Origin: Desulfosudis oleivorans
Lineage (GTDB): Bacteria > Desulfobacterota > Desulfobacteria > Desulfobacterales > SURF-7
Assembly (NCBI GenBank): GCA_020723325.1
Contig: DYJD01000002.1
Span: 159,629 to 223,628 of the forward strand
Direction of reading: 5' to 3'
DNA: 64,000 bases
This document shows, in pieces, positions 35,705-42,757 of the stretch. Both the position numbers and the translations under genes were made by a program. The notes below the pieces were generated by a model. It had not been told where the DNA came from. It was given only the letters and a program-made list of their open reading frames with translations, and ran no database searches. Each line of letters opens with the position of its first letter. The first letter of the stretch is position 1.

Positions 35705-38638
35705 ATGGACCATTTTGCAGTGAACCGGCGGGACTTCCTGCGGATCAGCGGGGCCTCGGCCCTGATGCTTTCCTTGAACTCACTGGGTTTCCTCGGCGGG
35801 AACGCCCAGGCGGCTGAAAAAATATTGAATGAATGGGATTACGGGCGCTGGGAGGATCTGCACCGCAAGGAATGGACCTGGGACAAGGTCACCTTCGGCA
35901 CCCACCTGGTGGATTGCTATCCCGGCAATTGTTTGTGGCGGGTTTATTCCAAGGACGGAGTCGTCTTTCGCGAAGAACAGGCCGCCAAATACCCGGTGGT
36001 GGACCCCACCGGCCCGGATTTCAATCCCCGCGGCTGTCAGAAGGGCGCTTCCTACAGCCTGATGATGTACAATCCGGACCGCCTCAAATACCCCATGAAA
36101 CGGGTGGGCGAGCGCGGCTCCGGCAAATGGAAAAAAATCAGTTGGGACGAGGCCCTGGGTGAAATCGCCGAAGGCATTCTGGATGCCATGGAAAAGGAAG
36201 GGCCGGAATCCATCATCAATGAAAACGGGCCCGGCAACGGCGGTTATCTGCATATCATCGCCGTGCATCGCCTGGCCAAACTGCTGGGCGCTGTTTCCCT
36301 GGACACCAACACCACCATCGGTGATTTCAACCGCGGTGTTTATGAGACCATGGGCAAATTCCAATTCATGGATTCCGCCGACGGCTGGTTCTTCGGCAAA
36401 CTATTGCTCATCTGGCACATGAATCCGGTATACACCAGAATCCCGTGCTACCATTTCATTGCCGAAGCGCGTTACAACGGCGCCGAAGTCGTCACCATCG
36501 CGCCGGACTACTCCCCCAGCGCCATGCATGCCGATGAATGGGTGCCGGTGAACACCGGCGGCGACGCGGCCCTGGGGCTGGCCGTCTGCCAGGTGCTTAT
36601 TGAAAAAAATTGGCTGGATACGGCCTTTGTCAAGGAGCAGACCGATCTGCCTTTGTTGGTGCGCACGGACAATCAGCGATTCCTGCGGGCCGCGGACATG
36701 GAGGCGGACGGAAGAGACGATCAGTTTTACTACTGGGATACTGCCGGAAATAAACCGGTAAAGGCGCCCCTGGACACCTTGAAATTGCCCTGTGATCCGG
36801 CCCTTACCGGAACCCATGCGGTGACCCTGAAAAGCGGGGCCCAGATCAAGGTGCAGCCGAGCTTCAACGAGCTGAAAGAGTCACTGAACCGCGACTACCC
36901 GCCGGAAAAGGCCGCCAAGTTATGCGGCACCCATCCGGACACCATCCGGCGCTTGGCCCAGAAATGCGCCGAGGCCAAAGGCCATGTCCAGGTCATGGTG
37001 GGCTGGAATTCCCCCAAATACTACCATGGTGATCTCATCGAGCGCAGCATGTGCCTGGTGCTGGCCCTCACCGGCAGTTTCGGCAAAAAAGGCAGCGGCA
37101 TCCGCGGCTGGAACGAATCCCTTTTTGAAGGCGCCCTGCTCCAGATCATGAAACCCACCATCGGCAAAATGGCCACCATTCAACACCTGCCCAAGGACAA
37201 AAAAATCATGGCGGAGTTCAAGCGCAAGGACCCCACCCTCACCGATGAAATGCTTTCCATTCATCTGGAGCGGGAGCGCGATCGGCAGGAATTGAATTGG
37301 ACCGTGCCGAATTTTCTCTGGTATTTTCATTCCGATTACAAAATCGCCTGGGACCGTAGGGAATGGCATTGCCCCACCATGAAACGGGAATTCCCCCAAT
37401 ACATGCAGGAAGCCATCGACAAAGGCTGGTGGGACGGCTTTGTCAAACCGGCCAAGGATCAGAAACCCCTGGTCTATTTTTACATGGGCACCAATCCGGC
37501 CCGGAAAAACCGCGGCTGGAACAAAAACGTGCTGACCTCCCTGTGGCCCAAATTCAACCTCATCTTCGGCTTTGAGACCCGCTGGAGCACCACCCTCTTG
37601 TATTCGGACTATGCCCTGCCCGGCGCCGGCTTTTATGAAAAACTGGACACCCGCTTCCCCACCCCCCATGTGCCCTGGCTGACCTTAACGGATCAGGCGG
37701 TCAAACCCGTCGGCGAGTCCAAGCCCGAATGGGACATCGCCCGCCTGCTGGCGGAAAAAATCGAGGCGGCGGCCAAAAAGCGCGGGAAAACCGAATTCAA
37801 GCTGCGGGACGGCCGGGAAATCAGCCTGAAAAATTTCGGCCGGGTCCAGGCCATGGAAGCTGACAATTTTGAAGCCATCATGGAGGATGCCCTGGAATCC
37901 AGCGTCCTTTTGGGCAACCTGCCCAAGGGTACGGACCTGAACTTCATGCGCAAGGAAGGCATTGTCCGTTTTGTGGGGGTTTCGCCCTTTGACGCGGTGA
38001 GCATGAACCTGGCCACGGACATCAAGCCGGAAGAACCCATCGTGCCCCTCACCTGGCACACCGGCAAGAAGATTCCCTACCCCACTTACAACCGCCGGAT
38101 TCAATTTTACATCGACCATCCCTGGTTTGTGGAAGCCAAGGAGCAGTTGCCGGTTCACAAGCCCAATCCCAACATCGGCGGAAAATATCCCCTGACCATG
38201 ACCAGCGGGCACCAGCGCTGGAGCATTCATTCCATCTGGGTCACGGGCCAGCAACTGCTGCGCACCCACCAGGGCCGGCCTTTCATGTTCATGAATCCCG
38301 AGGACGCGGAAAAACGCGGGATCAAGAACGATGACTATGTCCATGTGTATAACGATTTCGATGATTTCTACATTCATGTGAAGCTGACCGCCTCAGCCAA
38401 ACCCGGCAAGGAGGCCCAGCCCGGCCAGGTGATTGTTTACCATGCCTGGGAACCCTTCATGTTCAAGAAATGGAAAAGCTACGACGCCGCCATTCCCGGC
38501 ATGATCAAATGGCTGGACCTGGCCGGCGGATACGGGCACCTTAATTATTGGCGCTGGAACTGGTGCCTGCAGCCGGTGGACCGCGCCATTGCAGTGGAGG
38601 TTGAAAAAATAAAGGAGAAAAACCATGAGCAACAATGA
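35705..38638 (+). CDS. Tat-exported bis-MGD molybdopterin oxidoreductase alpha subunit, type II DMSO-reductase family (ethylbenzene dehydrogenase/Nar-like)
   Basis: Tat signal NRRDFLRISGASALMLSL..AQA. FS0 motif H67-x3-C71-x4-C76-x34-C111 (THLVDCYPGNC..NPRGCQKGASYS). Candidate Mo-ligand Asp in TTIGDFNRG. 977 aa. WEDLHRKEWTWDKV, REEQAAKYP and QTDLPLLVR recall EbdA-type proteins. Confidence 0.9.
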   Translation: MDHFAVNRRDFLRISGASALMLSLNSLGFLGGNAQAAEKILNEWDYGRWEDLHRKEWTWDKVTFGTHLVDCYPGNCLWRVYSKDGVVFREEQAAKYPVVDPTGPDFNPRGCQKGASYSLMMYNPDRLKYPMKRVGERGSGKWKKISWDEALGEIAEGILDAMEKEGPESIINENGPGNGGYLHIIAVHRLAKLLGAVSLDTNTTIGDFNRGVYETMGKFQFMDSADGWFFGKLLLIWHMNPVYTRIPCYHFIAEARYNGAEVVTIAPDYSPSAMHADEWVPVNTGGDAALGLAVCQVLIEKNWLDTAFVKEQTDLPLLVRTDNQRFLRAADMEADGRDDQFYYWDTAGNKPVKAPLDTLKLPCDPALTGTHAVTLKSGAQIKVQPSFNELKESLNRDYPPEKAAKLCGTHPDTIRRLAQKCAEAKGHVQVMVGWNSPKYYHGDLIERSMCLVLALTGSFGKKGSGIRGWNESLFEGALLQIMKPTIGKMATIQHLPKDKKIMAEFKRKDPTLTDEMLSIHLERERDRQELNWTVPNFLWYFHSDYKIAWDRREWHCPTMKREFPQYMQEAIDKGWWDGFVKPAKDQKPLVYFYMGTNPARKNRGWNKNVLTSLWPKFNLIFGFETRWSTTLLYSDYALPGAGFYEKLDTRFPTPHVPWLTLTDQAVKPVGESKPEWDIARLLAEKIEAAAKKRGKTEFKLRDGREISLKNFGRVQAMEADNFEAIMEDALESSVLLGNLPKGTDLNFMRKEGIVRFVGVSPFDAVSMNLATDIKPEEPIVPLTWHTGKKIPYPTYNRRIQFYIDHPWFVEAKEQLPVHKPNPNIGGKYPLTMTSGHQRWSIHSIWVTGQQLLRTHQGRPFMFMNPEDAEKRGIKNDDYVHVYNDFDDFYIHVKLTASAKPGKEAQPGQVIVYHAWEPFMFKKWKSYDAAIPGMIKWLDLAGGYGHLNYWRWNWCLQPVDRAIAVEVEKIKEKNHEQQ

Positions 38639-39302
38639 TCAAAGCCAGCAAATAACCGCATCCAAGCTGTCGGCCTCCCGCAAGGAGCTGCTGGACCTTG
38701 GCGCCGCGGCCTGGACCAGACTGAAAAGCTTGCGGGTCGAAACCACCGCCACCCCCCTGGCCAACCAGCCATCGCCATACATCAAGGCCACCTTTGATGA
38801 AAAAGTCATCGGCGCTGTCAAGGAATTACAGGTAAAAGCTGTCCATAACGGCCAGGACATTTTCTTTTATTTTGAATGGGGCAGTGAAAATCCGAATTAC
38901 ACCATCGGCGATGTGGGCACTTTTCCCGACGGTGTGGCTCTGTTGCTGCCGTTTAAAGGGCCGGATCAGACCCCCATCAAGGAGATGGGGTCAAAGGATT
39001 TTGCCACCAACAGTTGGTATTGGCGCCCGGATTTTGAGGAAAAGCCCAAGAACCAGATCGCCCACGGCCTTTCCACCAGCCTGTACACCCAGGAGACCTC
39101 CCTGGTTTCCGTTTCCAAATGGGAAAAAGGAACCTGGCGGGTGGTGCTGGCGCGGCCTTTAACGGTCAAGGAAGAAGCCGTTAATCTCACCCCCGGCACG
39201 GAAACCGCCATCGGATTTGCGGTCTGGGAAGGCGGCAACGGCGAGCGGGGCGGCGTGAAAGCCTTTAGCAAGGAATGGCGCAAACTGATGCTGGAGGCCT
39301 GA
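38625..39302 (+). CDS. heme b-binding gamma subunit (EB_dh / EbdC-SerC-DdhC family)
   Basis: 225 aa. LQVKAVHNGQDIFFYFEW, DGVALLLPF and AIGFAVWEG.NGERGG.KA are typical of the ethylbenzene-dehydrogenase gamma fold. It overlaps the alpha stop by 14 nt. Confidence 0.8.
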   Translation: MSNNDQSQQITASKLSASRKELLDLGAAAWTRLKSLRVETTATPLANQPSPYIKATFDEKVIGAVKELQVKAVHNGQDIFFYFEWGSENPNYTIGDVGTFPDGVALLLPFKGPDQTPIKEMGSKDFATNSWYWRPDFEEKPKNQIAHGLSTSLYTQETSLVSVSKWEKGTWRVVLARPLTVKEEAVNLTPGTETAIGFAVWEGGNGERGGVKAFSKEWRKLMLEA

Positions 39303-39336
39303 TTCCGATTTGCATTCATATCAAAGGAGAGGACAT

Positions 39337-40470
39337 ATGCCGGTTGATCAAAAACAGTTGACGGATCGCGAGAAAGAATTGGCCAATGAATTGCAGGCTG
39401 TAAAAGACAGGTTGCGGACCTGTAAAAAGCAGGTGGCCATGGTCATGGATCTGAATAAATGCATCGGCTGCCAGCTCTGCTCCATGGCCTGCAAAACCCT
39501 CTGGACCCAGATCGAGGGCCGGGAGTACATGTGGTGGAACAAGGTGAACACCCAGCCGGGCAAGGGTTCCCCCAAGGACTGGGAAAGGATGGGCGGGGGT
39601 TACAAGGTGCTCTTCGGCGGCAAGGTGCGTGATCCGGTGCGCGGCCAACTGCCCACCCGCACGGATTTCGGGGACAACTGGAAATTCAATTTCGAAGAAG
39701 TCTTTGCTTCCAAGGCCGGGGGCAAGCATCTCGTGGCCAGCAACCCGGACGGCTCCGCGCCCAACTGGGCCATGAACTGGGACGAGGACCAGGGCGGCGG
39801 CAAATATCCCAATGCCTTTTATTTTTATCTGCCGCGGATCTGCAACCACTGCTCCTACCCGGCCTGTGTGGACGCCTGCCCGCGCAATGCCCTGTACAAA
39901 AGGGATTCCGACGGCGCGGTGGTGGTGGACCAGGAGCGCTGCAAGGGCTACCGCTTCTGTCTGGAAGCCTGTCCCTATAAGGTCATCTACTTCAACTTCA
40001 TCAAAAAAACCAGCATGAAATGTATTTTCTGCTACCCCCGGTTGGAAGAAAAAGTGGCCAATGCCTGTGCGCGCCAATGCACCGGCCGGGTGCGTTTTGT
40101 GGGGTTTTTGGATGACAAGGCCGGCATCATTCACAAACTCGTCAATGTCTGGAAAGTGGCCCTGCCCCTTCATCCGGAATACGGCACCGAACCCAACGTC
40201 TATTATGTTCCGCCCCTTTCGCCGCCCGCCCTGGATGAGCAAGGCCGCATCGATCCTCAAAAAGAACGCATTCCCATGGCCTACCTGCGTTTCCTGTTCG
40301 GTCCGGAAGTGGAGGGCGCCTTGCGCACCCTCAAGCAGGAACTGGAAAAAGTGCGCAAGGGCGGCAAATCCGAATTGATGGAAATCTTGATCGCCCGGGA
40401 ATGGAAGGCCATGTTCGGGCCGTTTGCCGCCGATCCGGCCCAATTGCAGCGCGCCCCCAGCAAAGGATGA
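39337..40470 (+). CDS. four-cluster Fe-S beta subunit (NarH/EbdB-like)
   Basis: ATG 39337 after AAAGGAGAGG. Motifs: CIGCQLCSMACK, CNHCSYPACVDACP, CKGYRFCLEACPYKV and CIFCYPRLE..CARQC. Confidence 0.9.
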   Translation: MPVDQKQLTDREKELANELQAVKDRLRTCKKQVAMVMDLNKCIGCQLCSMACKTLWTQIEGREYMWWNKVNTQPGKGSPKDWERMGGGYKVLFGGKVRDPVRGQLPTRTDFGDNWKFNFEEVFASKAGGKHLVASNPDGSAPNWAMNWDEDQGGGKYPNAFYFYLPRICNHCSYPACVDACPRNALYKRDSDGAVVVDQERCKGYRFCLEACPYKVIYFNFIKKTSMKCIFCYPRLEEKVANACARQCTGRVRFVGFLDDKAGIIHKLVNVWKVALPLHPEYGTEPNVYYVPPLSPPALDEQGRIDPQKERIPMAYLRFLFGPEVEGALRTLKQELEKVRKGGKSELMEILIAREWKAMFGPFAADPAQLQRAPSKG

Positions 40471-40474
40471 GTCC

Positions 40475-41182
40475 ATGGAAGCCATTATCAGTGAACAATT
40501 GCAGAACCATTTTGAAATCGCCACGGCCAACCGCAGCCGCATGTATGCCGTCATCGCCGAGATCTTCCGGTATCCGGCTGCGGATTTCCGCAAGCAGGCC
40601 CGCAACGGCGACCTGGAACAAGCTCTGCGCCGCCTCACCGACAACCTGCCCTATCCTTTTGAATGGAGCGAGACGGAAAAAAAGAACCTGCGCGCCGTTG
40701 CCCGGGTCCCGGATGAGGACCTGGAGGTGGAATTCATCCGCCTGTTCGAAGCCGGTCCTGGTCAGCCGCCCCTGCCCTTGCTGGAAGGACTGTTCCGGGA
40801 AGACCGCCAGGCGATTTTCAAGGAACTCATCCTGTTCTACAACCATTTCGGCCTGAGCTATGCCGAGGGCAGCATGGAAGACCGGCCCGACCATCTTTGC
40901 TACCAGGTGGAATTCCTGCATTTCCTGGTTTTCAAGGAACTCAAGGCCTTGCAGGCCGGCCGTGACCAAGGCCCCTATCTGCGAGCCCAAAAGGATTTTC
41001 TGGAACGCCATCCCCTGCCCTGGCTGGACCTGCTGCTGGCCAAAGTCAGTCAGATGGAACAAAAACTCCCGCCACCGGAAGAAGCCTGCCTGGAAGTGTT
41101 CCACTTCTATGCAGCCCTGCTTTCACTAACACACCGGTTTTTACATGCGGAAGGACGGTATCTTGGGGGATGCGGGATATGA
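40475..41182 (+). CDS. TorD/NarJ-family redox-enzyme maturation chaperone (delta subunit)
   Basis: Motifs RSRMYAVIAEIFRYP, EVEFIRLFE.GPG and PDHLCYQVEFLHFL are DmsD/NarJ-like. The start lies 4 nt after the beta stop. Its last codons and stop fall inside a heptamer array. Confidence 0.75.
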   Translation: MEAIISEQLQNHFEIATANRSRMYAVIAEIFRYPAADFRKQARNGDLEQALRRLTDNLPYPFEWSETEKKNLRAVARVPDEDLEVEFIRLFEAGPGQPPLPLLEGLFREDRQAIFKELILFYNHFGLSYAEGSMEDRPDHLCYQVEFLHFLVFKELKALQAGRDQGPYLRAQKDFLERHPLPWLDLLLAKVSQMEQKLPPPEEACLEVFHFYAALLSLTHRFLHAEGRYLGGCGI

Positions 41183-41210
41183 GATATACGATATGGGATG
41201 TGGGATAAGG
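41169..41210 (+). repeat. six phase-exact GAT-heptamers forming the delta/cytochrome b intercistronic spacer
   Basis: GATGCGG GATATGA GATATAC GATATGG GATGTGG GATAAGG, with GAT at 41169 and every 7 nt thereafter. The TGA stop of the chaperone gene is at 41180-41182. GATAAGGAAAAG sits just upstream of the ATG at 41222. Confidence 0.85.
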
Positions 41211-41221
41211 AAAAGACCTGA

Positions 41222-41968
41222 ATGAAACTAACCGACACCCAAATCTGGCGGTCCATATTCCGCCACCGTTTCAAAGATACGGAGCGCAACCGTTCCCTGA
41301 CGATTTCCTCCAATGTCTTTTTGCACCTGCATCCGGTGACCATTCCGGCAAAAGCGGCCCGGGTGCGCTTCACCTTCTGCCTGGGGGGGCTTACCTTTCT
41401 CATGTTCATAGTGGAGACGGTCACCGGCGTTTTGTTGATGTTTTACTACCGCCCCCTCCCGGAATACGCCTATGTGGACATAAAACTCATGGAGCACACC
41501 GTGCGCTTCGGACTTTTGCTGCGCAACATGCATCGCTGGGCGGCCCATGCCATGGTGATGCTGGTGATGCTGCACATGTTGCGGGTATTTTTGACCGGTT
41601 CCTATAAACCCCCGCGGGAGTTCAACTGGGTGGTGGGCGTGCTCCTGCTGGTGACCACCTTTCTGCTCAGCTTCACGGGCTACCTGCTCCCCTGGGACCA
41701 GCTCGCCTTCTGGGCCATCACCGTAGGATCAAAAATGGCGGCGGCCACGCCGTTTTTCGGGGTGGAGGGACCTTTTCATGAATGGCTGGGAATTCACAGT
41801 CAAAACGACATGAAATTTCTGCTGCTGGGTGACAGCGAAGTGGGCGGCAATGCCTTGCTGCGCTTCTATGTGTTGCATTGCGTGCTGCTGCCCCTGGGCT
41901 GCGCCTTGCTGATGCTGGTGCATTTCTGGCGCGTGCGCAAGGACGGGGGCATATCGCGGCCGTTGTGA
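41222..41968 (+). CDS. cytochrome b (b6-like, N-terminal four-helix subunit)
   Basis: [57 protein letters not shown] and [28 protein letters not shown]. The four heme-ligating His residues have the expected spacing. Confidence 0.9.
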   Translation: MKLTDTQIWRSIFRHRFKDTERNRSLTISSNVFLHLHPVTIPAKAARVRFTFCLGGLTFLMFIVETVTGVLLMFYYRPLPEYAYVDIKLMEHTVRFGLLLRNMHRWAAHAMVMLVMLHMLRVFLTGSYKPPREFNWVVGVLLLVTTFLLSFTGYLLPWDQLAFWAITVGSKMAAATPFFGVEGPFHEWLGIHSQNDMKFLLLGDSEVGGNALLRFYVLHCVLLPLGCALLMLVHFWRVRKDGGISRPL

Positions 41969-41985
41969 GATAATTGCTTAAAACT

Positions 41986-42013
41986 CAGGAGTCAGGAGTC
42001 AGAAGATAGGAGA
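41986..42013 (+). repeat. CAGGAGT-type heptamer array supplying the Shine-Dalgarno of the subunit IV gene
   Basis: CAGGAGT CAGGAGT CAGAAGA TAGGAGA. The last unit (AGGAGA) ends 6 nt before the TTG start at 42020. Confidence 0.85.
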
Positions 42014-42019
42014 CCACTG

Positions 42020-42751
42020 TTGAACGAGCTGAAAACCATCGATGAACTCGAAAAAGACAAGACGGGCGAACAGGAGCTTTTCGCCTTTCCGGAGCTGGTG
42101 TTCAAGGAATTTCTAGCCATCCTGGCGGCCATGATCGTCCTGGGCCTATGGTCACTACTGATGGATGCACCATTAAAGGAAGTCGCCGATCCCAACTGGA
42201 CGGAAAACCCGGCCAAGGCCCCCTGGTATTTTGTCGGTCTCCAGGAAGTTTTGGTGTATTTCGATCCCTGGATCGCCGGTGTCTGTCTGCCCCTCTTGAT
42301 CATCCTGGGCCTTGCGGCTTTGCCCTACATGGATCCCAATCCCCAAGGGGTCGGCAAGTATGGGTTCCGGGGACGCCGTCTGGCCATATCCGTTTTTCTG
42401 AGCGGCTATATCTTCTGGTTTGCCCTGATTCTCATCGGCCAGTTCCTGCGCGGCCCGAGCTGGCATTTTTACTGGCCCTGGGAAGACTGGTCGATTGTGA
42501 AGGCGGCGGAGCCGGCCTTGACCAACCTGCCCAACCCCCTGGGCCTCGCGCTGATTGCCGGGTATTTGGGTTTGGGGATAGCGGTTACAGCCCGGACGGC
42601 ACGCCGGCGGCGGCTGGGGCGATCCGCTCAAATCAAATTCATTTGCGCCTGGATATTGATCCTGCTCATGTTCGGGGTCATGGGCAAAATGGCTTTGCGG
42701 ATTTTTTTGCATATTAAGTATATTGTATCAACCCCTTATTTTTCGATTTGA
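42020..42751 (+). CDS. cytochrome b C-terminal / b6f subunit IV-like protein (extended)
   Basis: TTG start. PNWTENPAKAPWYFVGLQEVLVYF is the PEWY-region equivalent. It has extra C-terminal TM helices. Confidence 0.8.
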   Translation: MNELKTIDELEKDKTGEQELFAFPELVFKEFLAILAAMIVLGLWSLLMDAPLKEVADPNWTENPAKAPWYFVGLQEVLVYFDPWIAGVCLPLLIILGLAALPYMDPNPQGVGKYGFRGRRLAISVFLSGYIFWFALILIGQFLRGPSWHFYWPWEDWSIVKAAEPALTNLPNPLGLALIAGYLGLGIAVTARTARRRRLGRSAQIKFICAWILILLMFGVMGKMALRIFLHIKYIVSTPYFSI

Positions 42752-42757
42752 CACGCC

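Noticed and set aside
39316-40644. 442-aa minus-strand ORF opposite the Fe-S beta subunit
   Set aside because: It is an antisense shadow. The + strand has four canonical Cys clusters and an RBS. The same reasoning applies to 35780..36364, 36920..37669, 37685..38377 and 43856..44947.
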